NCBI GenBank assembly: GCA_002279825.1
Contig: NCCV01000006.1
Coordinates: forward strand, 63,758-127,757
Direction: 5' to 3'
From: Sphingomonadales bacterium 12-68-11
GTDB lineage: Bacteria; Pseudomonadota; Alphaproteobacteria; Sphingomonadales; Sphingomonadaceae
Length of the DNA stretch: 64,000 nucleotides
Both the position numbers and the translations under genes were made by a program. This document shows, in pieces, positions 1 through 7,812 of this stretch. Under the pieces are notes generated by a model that saw only the letters and a program-made list of their open reading frames with translations, searched no databases and was not told where the DNA came from. Position 1 is the first letter of the stretch, and each line of letters starts with the position of its first letter.

Positions 1-116
1 AGGTACGGGCTCGCCAGCTCCGGCGCCACCGCCGCCGCCGCCTCAGCGGCGCGCGCGGCGAGCGTGTCCCAATCGCCCTCGGGCCAGGGCTCCTCGATAG
101 AAATCTCAAGTTCCAT
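1..116 (-). CDS. ybeY: endoribonuclease YbeY, N-terminal fragment (gene runs off the window start)
   Basis: Own reverse-strand translation from ATG at 116: MELEISIEEPWPEGDWDTLAARAAEAAAAVAPELASPY... The position directly downstream of phoH fits the conserved miaB-phoH-ybeY order. Too short for the ORF track. Confidence 0.5.
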   Translation of the reverse strand, partial: MELEISIEEPWPEGDWDTLAARAAEAAAAVAPELASPY

Positions 117-128
117 ACGAACCCCGTG

Positions 129-194
129 CCGTTCGGTTCGAGCGAAGTCGAGAACCGTTGCGCGGCATGTCTCGACTTCGCTCGACACGAACGG
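129..194. repeat. REP/MITE-like palindromic element, copy 1 of 5
   Basis: CCGTTCGGTTCGAGCGAAGTCGAGAAC-loop-ATGTCTCGACTTCGCTCGACACGAACGG, with ~27-nt inverted arms. Lies between the phoH stop (198) and the ybeY start (116). Confidence 0.85.
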
Positions 195-197
195 GAT

Positions 198-1256
198 TCA
201 GGCGTTTTCCCCCTCGTAAGCCTCGACGATACGCCCGACGATCGGGTGCCGCACCACGTCGCCGCGGCCGAACGGGATCACCCCTATGCCCTCGACGCCT
301 TCGAGGCGCGCCACCGCGTCGGCGAGCCCGCTCATCGCCGCGCCGCCGGGAATGTCGATCTGCTTGGGGTCGCCGCATACCACCATCCGGCTGTTCTGCC
401 CGAACCGGGTCAGGAACATCTTCATCTGCTCGCGGGTGGTGTTCTGCGCCTCGTCGAGGATCACAAAGGCATCGGCCAGCGTGCGTCCGCGCATGAACGC
501 GATCGGGGCGATCTCGATCTCGCCCGAGGCCAGCCGCCGCTCGACCTGTTCGGGGGGCATGCAGTCGTAGAGCGCATCGTAGAGCGGGCGGAGATAGGGA
601 TCGACCTTCTCCTTCATGTCGCCGGGCAGGAAGCCGAGCCGTTCGCCGGCCTCGACCGCCGGGCGCGACAAGATCAGCCGCTGCACGCTACCGGTGATGA
701 GCTGGCTGACCGCCTGCGCCACCGCCAGGTAGGTCTTGCCGGTGCCCGCCGGCCCGAGCGCGAACACGATCTCGCGGCTGGCGAGCGCGCGCATGTAATC
801 GGCCTGCATCGCGGTACGCGGGACGATGTTCTTCTTGCGCGTGCGGATCATGATCGGCGGGCCCTTGGCATCGCCGGTGATGATGCCTTCGAGCGTCGGC
901 TCGTTGCTGAAGCCGATCAGCGCCTCGATTGCCCCGGAATCGATCTCCTGCCCGGCGAGAAGCTTCTCGTGCATCGCCACCAGGATCTGCCGCGCGCGCG
1001 CGACGTCGTCCTCGGTCCCTTCGATCACCACCCGGTTGCCGCGCGCGGCCACCAGGACGCCGAGCCGGTTCTCGATCTGCACCAGGTTGGCGTCGAACTC
1101 GCCGAACAACGCTCCCAGCATCGCCTGCTCGTCGAACAGAATCTCGATCCGGGCGCGGCGCGAGGCGTCGCGGCGATCCTCGGGGCGGAAAGTCAGATCG
1201 GCGCCTATGTCGGCGCGGGCGGAATGCCGTCCGGTGCGGGATGCTTTGCGGGCCAT
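198..1256 (-). CDS. phoH: PhoH family ATPase (PhoH/YbeZ-like)
   Basis: ORF 198..1313. Walker A GPAGTGKTYLAV and typical PhoH C-terminal core. Start re-picked at ATG 1256 (MARKASRTG...), preceded by AAGGA. Confidence 0.9.
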   Translation of the reverse strand: MARKASRTGRHSARADIGADLTFRPEDRRDASRRARIEILFDEQAMLGALFGEFDANLVQIENRLGVLVAARGNRVVIEGTEDDVARARQILVAMHEKLLAGQEIDSGAIEALIGFSNEPTLEGIITGDAKGPPIMIRTRKKNIVPRTAMQADYMRALASREIVFALGPAGTGKTYLAVAQAVSQLITGSVQRLILSRPAVEAGERLGFLPGDMKEKVDPYLRPLYDALYDCMPPEQVERRLASGEIEIAPIAFMRGRTLADAFVILDEAQNTTREQMKMFLTRFGQNSRMVVCGDPKQIDIPGGAAMSGLADAVARLEGVEGIGVIPFGRGDVVRHPIVGRIVEAYEGENA

Positions 1257-1436
1257 GCGGTCCTTTCGCGGGTTGCGCGAATCGGAAGATAGACCGGGGC
1301 GGATCAGGCGCAAGCGGCGGAGCTAGCCGGCGCGGTGGAAAGTCACTCGAATGTCATGCGAATCGTGCGCCACGGGCCTGCGATCGGTCGGCGAGGGCCC
1401 CGCCGTGACGGGACCCTCGCTTCGCGAAGCTTGCCG

Positions 1437-2135
1437 TCAGGCCAGGGCCTTGACCGCAACGGCCGGACGGCGGCGCAGTGCCGCACCGACGGCGCCGAAG
1501 CCGAGCAGCATGAGCGCCCAGGTGGCGGGCTCGGGCACCGCGGCGGCGTTCAGGTCGCCGGTCACGCGGAAGTTCGCGTCGCAGTTGTTCGCCGCGCCCT
1601 TGCAGTTGGCGTAGATGCCGGTCCAGTTGGTCAGCAACTTCCCGCCGGCATAGGCGTCGCCGCCCGAGAACTGGCCGGTCGAGACATTGTAGTCGGGACC
1701 CACCAGCAGCGCCGCTCGGTCGGACGTGGCGGTGAGCACGGCAGTGTAGAACCCGCCCATCGTGACGGCCAGGTTGGGCAAGGCGATATCGACCCACGCG
1801 GATGTGTCGCGCGAGGTGATCGAACTGGGCAGCGTGAACGACTGGGTGAACAGCGAAGTGCCGCTGAGAGTCTCGCCGGCGAACAGCGACAGCGTCAGCG
1901 AAGTGTTCGCGGCGGTCGGGTTGAGCGTGCTGAACTGGAATCCGATCGAGCTGATCGTGTCGGTGAAAGCGGAGAAGCTCTGCCCGATCGGATCGGCGGC
2001 CGACACGGTCACCTTGCGGGTGCCGGCCGGGCCCGAAACGACCTGCAGCGTTTCGGCCGCGGTGGCGACCGCCGGCACGGTCAGTGCGGCAAGGGAAACT
2101 GCGGCCAAGGCCGCCTTGTGAAAAGCGATCGACAT
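1437..2135 (-). CDS. PEP-CTERM (PEPxxWA-type) sorting-domain secreted protein
   Basis: N-terminal signal peptide (MSIAFHKAALAAVSLAALTVPAVATA). C-terminal VPEPATWALMLLGFGAVGAALRRR is PEP motif, TM helix and basic tail. GGAG lies 9 nt upstream of the ATG. Confidence 0.8.
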   Translation of the reverse strand: MSIAFHKAALAAVSLAALTVPAVATAAETLQVVSGPAGTRKVTVSAADPIGQSFSAFTDTISSIGFQFSTLNPTAANTSLTLSLFAGETLSGTSLFTQSFTLPSSITSRDTSAWVDIALPNLAVTMGGFYTAVLTATSDRAALLVGPDYNVSTGQFSGGDAYAGGKLLTNWTGIYANCKGAANNCDANFRVTGDLNAAAVPEPATWALMLLGFGAVGAALRRRPAVAVKALA

Positions 2136-2160
2136 AGGGCTACTCCAACTCTGGATTGAG

Positions 2161-2176
2161 TTAAAGGGCTGTTAAC
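2161..2176 (+). promoter_or_regulatory. perfect CtrA-type box TTAA-N7-TTAAC
   Basis: Sequence TTAAAGGGCTGTTAAC, 26-41 nt upstream of the PEP-CTERM gene start codon. Nine specified, mostly A/T positions in G+C-rich DNA. Confidence 0.45.
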
Positions 2177-2252
2177 TATGTGGTATGTCTCTCCGAAGTC
2201 AGTTCGGAGGCGATCCGGTGACTCTTTGGGAACTGGCTCGCCAGTGCGGCAA

Positions 2253-3578
2253 TCAGACCGCGCGCACGCCGCTCAGACTGTTGGGTCCGGCCGATTCGAG
2301 GCGGAGCTCCACGATGTCCCCGATCGCCGCATCCCCGGTGAAATGCACCGATTGCAGCCACGGCGACTTGCCGAGCCACTGGCCGGGCTTCTTGCCGCGC
2401 CGCTCGACCAGCACGTCGCACCGCTTGCCGAGCGAGGCCTGGTTGAACGCCAGTTGATCGCGGTTGAGCGCCGCCTGCAGCCGCTGCAGCCGCTCGTCCA
2501 TGACTTCGGCCGGAACCTGTCCGTCCATGTCTGCCGCCGGCGTGCCGGGGCGCGGCGAGTACTTGAAGCTGTAAGCCTGCGCGTAGCCGGTCGCCGCGAC
2601 GAGCGAGAGCGTCTCTTCGAACTCGGCGTCGGTTTCCCCCGGGAAGCCGACGATGAAGTCCCCGGAGAGTGCGATATCGGGGCGCGCCGCGCGGAACCGC
2701 TCGAGCAGTGCGAGATAGCTCTCGGCGCTATGGCTGCGGTTCATCGCTTTGAGCACGCGGTTGCTGCCGCTCTGCACCGGTAAGTGCAGGAATGGCATGA
2801 GTTTGGGCACGGCGGCATGGGCCTCGATCAGCCCCTCGGTGACGTCGTTGGGATGGCTGGTGGTATAGCGAATGCGCAGCAAATCCGGCAGCTTGGCCAG
2901 CTCTTCGATCAAGCCGTCGAGGCCCAGCGCGCGCCCCCGGACATCCGCGCCGGACCAGGCGTTGACGTTCTGGCCGAGCAGGGTGATCTCGCGCGCGCCG
3001 GCTTCCACCAGCGCCTCAGCTTCGCTCAGCAGCACCTTGAAGGGCCGAGATATTTCCGCCCCGCGCGTATAGGGCACGACGCAATAGGTGCAGAACTTGT
3101 CGCATCCCTCCTGCACCGTCAGAAACGCGCTCGGCCCGACCCGGCGGCGGGCGGGCAGCGCGGCGAACTTGGCGTCGGCGGGCATTTCGGTATCGGTACT
3201 GCGACGCCCCTGCATCGCCTCTGCAATCATCTCGGGCAGGCGGTGATAAGCCTGCGGGCCGACCACCACCGAGACAGCCGGCGCGCGCGCCATGATTTCT
3301 TCGCCCTCGGCCTGCGCGACGCAGCCGGCGACGGCGATCAGCGGGGCCTTGTCGCCGCCCGCCTTCACCAGCCGGCCGATGTCCGAATAGACTTTCTCGG
3401 CCGCCTTCTCGCGGATGTGGCAGGTGTTGAGCACGACCAGGTCGGCGTCTTCGCCTTCGCCTGCGGCGGACATGCCCCGCTCGGCCAGCAGCTCGGCCAT
3501 CCGCTCGCCGTCGTAGACGTTCATCTGGCAGCCGAAGCTTTTGACCCGGTAGGTCTGGGGCGGGGTGGTCACAGGCAT
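2253..3578 (-). CDS. miaB: tRNA-i6A37 methylthiotransferase MiaB
   Basis: 441 aa. N-terminal [11 protein letters not shown], radical-SAM [15 protein letters not shown]-like C-terminus. Confidence 0.93.
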   Translation of the reverse strand: MPVTTPPQTYRVKSFGCQMNVYDGERMAELLAERGMSAAGEGEDADLVVLNTCHIREKAAEKVYSDIGRLVKAGGDKAPLIAVAGCVAQAEGEEIMARAPAVSVVVGPQAYHRLPEMIAEAMQGRRSTDTEMPADAKFAALPARRRVGPSAFLTVQEGCDKFCTYCVVPYTRGAEISRPFKVLLSEAEALVEAGAREITLLGQNVNAWSGADVRGRALGLDGLIEELAKLPDLLRIRYTTSHPNDVTEGLIEAHAAVPKLMPFLHLPVQSGSNRVLKAMNRSHSAESYLALLERFRAARPDIALSGDFIVGFPGETDAEFEETLSLVAATGYAQAYSFKYSPRPGTPAADMDGQVPAEVMDERLQRLQAALNRDQLAFNQASLGKRCDVLVERRGKKPGQWLGKSPWLQSVHFTGDAAIGDIVELRLESAGPNSLSGVRAV

Positions 3579-3611
3579 GGGGCGCCGCGCCTAGCCGATC
3601 CGGCGCGCGAG

Positions 3612-4286
3612 TTAAACCCGCAGCGCTTCGGCGACCGCTGCTTGCGCCGCGGCGGTCATCGCCTTGCGGTCGGCCAGCGCCGCGCCCGAGAGCGGCTCGA
3701 GGAAGCGGATCGTCAGGTCGATGCGCCCGCGCCGGGCCATTATGCGGCGCAGGTTGGCGAGGCCCGGTTCCTCGCCGAACCAGGCGATCTCGGCGGCATC
3801 GGCATAGTCGAGCGCGACCGGCTGGATCGGCACCGCGTCGGCCAGCGGCTCGACCGCCGACAGCAGCGAACTGCGGAACGGCAGCAGCGCCGTGCCGTCG
3901 TTGGTGGTGCCTTCGGGGAAGATCGTCAGCGGCCGGCTGCCGAGCGCGGCGCGCACTTGCGCGACCTGCCCGGCGACCGTGGCGCGCCGGTCGCGGGTGA
4001 CGAACACCGTGCAGTTCTGGTCGCACAGCCACTTGAGCCCGCCGTGGACCATAAGCCCGCTATGCGCGACGAAGATCGCCCGGCTGGTTCCTGCCAGCGC
4101 GAGGATGTCGAGCCAGCTGACGTGGTTGGCGAGCAGCAGCGCGCCCGTCCGTGGCTGTCCCTCGACGCGGATCCGCAGCCCGGCCACCCGGCCCATGTAG
4201 GCGAGGAACAGCGGCGGCACGGCATCGCGCCGGCCGAGCAGGAGAACGACAAGATGAACCGGGACGATGATCCCGAAGCCGAGCAT
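3612..4286 (-). CDS. lysophospholipid (1-acyl-sn-glycerol-3-phosphate) acyltransferase family protein
   Basis: 224 aa. HX4D motif in ANHVSWLD and the FPEGTT motif of PlsC-type acyltransferases. N-terminal TM segment. Confidence 0.8.
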   Translation of the reverse strand: MLGFGIIVPVHLVVLLLGRRDAVPPLFLAYMGRVAGLRIRVEGQPRTGALLLANHVSWLDILALAGTSRAIFVAHSGLMVHGGLKWLCDQNCTVFVTRDRRATVAGQVAQVRAALGSRPLTIFPEGTTNDGTALLPFRSSLLSAVEPLADAVPIQPVALDYADAAEIAWFGEEPGLANLRRIMARRGRIDLTIRFLEPLSGAALADRKAMTAAAQAAVAEALRV

Positions 4287-4327
4287 GGCGCCCAGCCATC
4301 GGCCCCCGGTCCGCAGCGCGCGCAGGC

Positions 4328-4750
4328 TCAGTCCTCGCGGTCGATGCGGACGCCGTAGAGTTCCATGCGGTGATCGACCAGCCGGTAGCCGAGCCGCTCG
4401 GCTATGACCCGTTGGAGCGCTTCGAGCTCGGGATCGACGAATTCGAGCACCTTGCCGCTCTCGACGTCGATCAGGTGATCGTGGTGTGCCTCGGGCGCTG
4501 CTTCGTAGCGCGAGCGTCCGTCGCCGAAATCGTGGCGGTCGAGAATGCCCGCTTCCTCGAACAGCCGCACCGTGCGGTACACGGTGGCGATCGAGATCTT
4601 CGGGTCGATCGCCGATGCGCGCGCATGCAGCGCCTCGACGTCGGGGTGGTCTTCGCTCTCGGACAGGACGCGCGCGATCACGCGGCGCTGCTCGGTGATG
4701 CGGAGCCCGCGTTCGGCGCAGAGCGCCTCGATATCGATCGTCTGATGCAT
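4328..4750 (-). CDS. fur: Fur family transcriptional regulator
   Basis: 140 aa. N-terminal wHTH (RITEQRRVIARVL..ISIATVYRTVRLFEEAGIL) and metal-site HHDHLID. Typical Fur length. Confidence 0.9.
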   Translation of the reverse strand: MHQTIDIEALCAERGLRITEQRRVIARVLSESEDHPDVEALHARASAIDPKISIATVYRTVRLFEEAGILDRHDFGDGRSRYEAAPEAHHDHLIDVESGKVLEFVDPELEALQRVIAERLGYRLVDHRMELYGVRIDRED

Positions 4751-4770
4751 GTCGGGACCCCTTTAGCGGG

Positions 4771-4807
4771 ACGCCCCACCACTATGGAAGCGGCGGGGCG
4801 TGTTTTC
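4771..4807. terminator. hairpin plus T-run between fur and mucR
   Basis: ACGCCCC(4771-4777) pairs with GGGGCGT(4795-4801), followed on the plus strand by GTTTTC. Both neighbouring genes are on the minus strand, where an A-run precedes the stem. Possibly a bidirectional insulator after mucR. Confidence 0.3.
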
Positions 4808-4829
4808 AACCGCAGGCCCGGGGATAGCC

Positions 4830-5273
4830 TTACTCGGCGACGACCTTCTTCCGCCGGCCGCGGCGCTGGCCGGGCGTGCGGCCGAGGCCGATCTGCTTGG
4901 CGAGCTGGCGGCGCTTCTCGGCATAGGCCGGCGCGACCATCGGGTAATCGGCGGGCAGGTTCCAGCGCGCGCGATACTCTTCCGGGGTCAGATTGAAGTT
5001 GGTCTTGAGATAGCGCTTGAGCATCTTGAGCTTCTTGCCGTCTTCGAGACAGACAATGTACTCCGGCTTGATTGACGCGCGGATCGATACCGCCGGCTCG
5101 AGCTTGCCTTCGACGGGCACGGCGGCGCCAAGGCCGGCGAGTGCCCCATAGACATTGCGGATCAAGGTCGGGACGTCGTCGAGCGTGACGTCGTTGTTGC
5201 TGAGATGTGCCGCCACGATATCCGAAGTAAGGGTGATCAGCGTCTCTTTCATATCGGTTTCTAGGCTTTCCAT
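4830..5273 (-). CDS. mucR: MucR/Ros family zinc-finger transcriptional regulator
   Basis: 147 aa. Conserved IVCLEDGKKLKMLKRYLKTNFNLTPEEYRARWNLPADYPMVAPAYAEKR block typical of Ros/MucR. Confidence 0.9.
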   Translation of the reverse strand: MESLETDMKETLITLTSDIVAAHLSNNDVTLDDVPTLIRNVYGALAGLGAAVPVEGKLEPAVSIRASIKPEYIVCLEDGKKLKMLKRYLKTNFNLTPEEYRARWNLPADYPMVAPAYAEKRRQLAKQIGLGRTPGQRRGRRKKVVAE

Positions 5274-5428
5274 TGTTTCCCCTCGTGCATGGATTGAGCG
5301 TGACCGCCGACGTTCGTCAGCAACCTACCAACTATATCGCATCGTGTCGGGCGCTTAAACGGCCTGCTCGACATGTGCAATAGAATCGGCCGGTCGAAGC
5401 GCCCAATTTCTTTACGTGCGACGAAGGC

Positions 5429-5884
5429 TCAGCAATCGAGAGCAAACGTAATCGCGTCGAACGGCCCTGCCGCACCCCGCCGGTAATAGTGACGGCGTAA
5501 GCCGATACTGGTGAATCCTTGCCGTCGGTACAGCGTTTCGGCGCTGTTGCCGTCGCGCATTTCCAGGAACAGCCGCGCCGAACCGTGCGCGCGTGCCGCC
5601 GCGACGAAGCGTTCGAGCAGCACGGTGCCCAGCCCACGGCCACGATGCTTCGGGTGAACCGCCAGCAGCAACAGTTCCTCCTCGCCGAGCACCGCGCGCG
5701 ACAGCGCGAAGCCGACGACTTCGGCGCCGTCCGCCGGCTCACCGCCATGGGTGCCGGCCAGCAGCAAGTACGTGCCCGGGAGCGCCAGCACGTCGAGCAC
5801 TTGTTTGCGGTTCCACGCCTCGCCGAATGCCGGCTCGAACGCCGCGTCCATCACCGCCATGACCTGGTCGATGGCGTCGTTCAT
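5429..5884 (-). CDS. rimI: ribosomal-protein-alanine N-acetyltransferase RimI (GNAT)
   Basis: C-terminal 151 aa of ORF 5429..6178, starting MNDAIDQVMAVMDAAF. GNAT motif HPKHRGRGLGTVLL. ATGA overlap with the tsaB stop. Confidence 0.8.
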   Translation of the reverse strand: MNDAIDQVMAVMDAAFEPAFGEAWNRKQVLDVLALPGTYLLLAGTHGGEPADGAEVVGFALSRAVLGEEELLLLAVHPKHRGRGLGTVLLERFVAAARAHGSARLFLEMRDGNSAETLYRRQGFTSIGLRRHYYRRGAAGPFDAITFALDC

Positions 5885-6501
5885 GCGCGCGCCGCCGGCA
5901 GCCGCGCATCGGGCGCACGGCCGTAGAGCGGCGCGACCGAAGGCGTGAGGTGGGCCGCCCGCAGCAGCGGGAATTCGCGCGCGTCGGGCAGCAGCGAAAG
6001 TGCGACCGCATCTCCGCCGACCCGTCCAGCCAACGCTGCCGCCTGGCTGCCCGCAAGGGTGGGATGGAGCGGCGCCAGCGCCGCCTGGTCCGGAGCCAGC
6101 GAGCGGACCTCGGCCTCGGCCGTGCCGTCGGCGGCAAAGGGCTGGACGAACCATTCGCCGTGGCCGCCGGCCATGCACACGGTGACCGGGCCGGGGCGCA
6201 GCTTGCGCGCCATCGCCGCGACCAGCGCCAGCGTGGGATAGCCGACAACCTCCGCTTGCCAGGCGAGCCCGAGCGCGCGCGCCGCAGCCACACCGATCCG
6301 CACCCCGGTAAAGCTGCCGGGCCCGAGCGAGACCACGATCCGCGCGGCGCGGCCCTTGCCGGGCAGTTCGGCGATCATCGGCACCAGCCGCTCGGCATGG
6401 CCGCGCCCGATCACTTCGCGCGCGCCGGCCAGCAGCACCCCGTCCTCGAACAGGGCGGCCGAACAGGCCTCGGTGGCGCTATCGATGACCAGCGTCCGCA
6501 C
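5881..6501 (-). CDS. tsaB: tRNA t6A37 biosynthesis protein TsaB
   Basis: 206 aa. MRTLVIDSATEACSAALFEDG start and GPGSFTGVRIG motif. Classic tsaB-rimI pairing. Confidence 0.88.
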   Translation of the reverse strand: MRTLVIDSATEACSAALFEDGVLLAGAREVIGRGHAERLVPMIAELPGKGRAARIVVSLGPGSFTGVRIGVAAARALGLAWQAEVVGYPTLALVAAMARKLRPGPVTVCMAGGHGEWFVQPFAADGTAEAEVRSLAPDQAALAPLHPTLAGSQAAALAGRVGGDAVALSLLPDAREFPLLRAAHLTPSVAPLYGRAPDARLPAARA

Positions 6502-6510
6502 GGCGCGGAG

Positions 6511-7104
6511 CTACACCAGCTTGTTAAAGACGTCGAACTCGGGCCGCGGGCTGCGCGCGAAGATGCTGGCCGGATCGCCGTAGCCGATCGAACAGATGAA
6601 GTTGGACCGCACGCTCGGCTGGTCGGCGAAGAACTCGGCGTCGACGGCGGCGTTGTCGAACCCCGACATCGGCCCGCAATCGAGCCCGAGCGCGCGGGCC
6701 GCAAGCATCAGGTAAGCCCCCTGCAGCGAGGAATTGCGGAAGGCGTTGGCCTGCCGCAGCTCCGCCTTGCCGGTGAACCAGCTGCGCGCGTCGGTATGCG
6801 GGAACAGCCACGGCAACTGCTCGTGAAACTCGAGATCCATGCCGATGATAACGCAGACCGGCGCGCCGGTGATCTTGGGCCGGTTCTTCTCCGAAGCGTG
6901 CGCCGCGAGCCGCGCCTTGGCCTCGGGCGATTTGCACCACACCAGCCGCCCCGACTGCTGGTTGGCCGAGGTCGGCCCCATTTTCAACAGGTCGTAGATC
7001 GCGTGGATCTGCGCGTCGCTGACATCGCGGTCGAGCCAGGCGTTATAGCTGCGCGCGGTGTTGAACAACTGGTCCAGCGCGGCGTTGTCGAGAGGCTCGG
7101 GCAC
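6511..7104 (-). CDS. nitroreductase family protein (RutE / malonic semialdehyde reductase-like)
   Basis: C-terminal 197 aa of ORF 6511..7767 (PEPLDNAALDQLFNTARSYNAWLDR...GPTSANQQ...). Start re-picked at GTG 7104, preceded by GGGAGAA. The upstream part of the ORF is Arg-rich junk overlapping the Nfu gene. Confidence 0.75.
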   Translation of the reverse strand: MPEPLDNAALDQLFNTARSYNAWLDRDVSDAQIHAIYDLLKMGPTSANQQSGRLVWCKSPEAKARLAAHASEKNRPKITGAPVCVIIGMDLEFHEQLPWLFPHTDARSWFTGKAELRQANAFRNSSLQGAYLMLAARALGLDCGPMSGFDNAAVDAEFFADQPSVRSNFICSIGYGDPASIFARSPRPEFDVFNKLV

Positions 7105-7124
7105 GGCGTCGTTCTCCCGGCGGA

Positions 7125-7703
7125 TCAGGCGGCGCGGACTTCGGTGACTTCCGGGACGTAGTGCTTGAGCAGGCCTTCGATGCCGTGCTTGAGCGTGGCG
7201 GTGGAGCTCGGGCAGCCCGAGCAGGCACCCTGCATGGTCAGGTACACCACGCCTTCGCGGAAGCCGCGATAGCGGATGTCGCCGCCGTCGCCCGCCACCG
7301 CCGGGCGCACCCGGGTTTCGAGCAGTTCCTTGATCTGTTCGACGATCTCGGCATCGGCGGGGTCGTCGCCGATCGCCTCGTCGCTGTCGGCGGGAACCGC
7401 GATGCCGCTCGCATCGCCGCCCGCGAACAGCGGCGCCTGGCTGACGAAATGGTCGAGCAGGATCGACACCACCTGCGGCTTGAGCGCCGACCAGTCGGCG
7501 CCCGGAGCGGCGGTCACGGAGACGAAATCGCGGCCGAAGAACACGCCGGTCACTTCGCCGGTGTCGAACAGCGCCTCGGCCAGCGGGCTCGCCGTCGCAT
7601 CTTCGGGCGAAGCGAAGTCGCGCGTGCCGGCGGGCATCACCGCCTCGCCCGGCAGGAACTTCAACGTGGCGGGGTTGGGCGTGGTTTCGGTCTCGATGAA
7701 CAT
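7125..7703 (-). CDS. NifU/Nfu family Fe-S cluster protein (Nfu_N + NifU C-terminal domain)
   Basis: Starts MFIETETTPNPATLKFLPG. C-terminal CSGCPSS motif. Start re-picked inside ORF 7125..7814. Confidence 0.88.
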   Translation of the reverse strand: MFIETETTPNPATLKFLPGEAVMPAGTRDFASPEDATASPLAEALFDTGEVTGVFFGRDFVSVTAAPGADWSALKPQVVSILLDHFVSQAPLFAGGDASGIAVPADSDEAIGDDPADAEIVEQIKELLETRVRPAVAGDGGDIRYRGFREGVVYLTMQGACSGCPSSTATLKHGIEGLLKHYVPEVTEVRAA

Positions 7704-7812
7704 GGCGGCGATGTAGGGTGCGCGCGGGTGCCCCGCAAGCGCGCCGCGCGCACGCGCGGCCGTGCATTGGACATTCACCCGGCCTTCATCCATTCCCGGC
7801 CTAGTGAGTGCC

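Noticed and set aside
5885-6178. N-terminal extensions offered by the ORF track. Examples: rimI from 6178, the nitroreductase from 7767, nfu from 7814, yghU from 32464, the OMT from 32311, the GMC from 35220, and tlyA from 40683.
   Set aside because: The extended parts are Arg/Pro/Gly-rich, overlap neighbouring genes, and lack RBS support. Internal starts with SD-like sequences give proteins of canonical family length.
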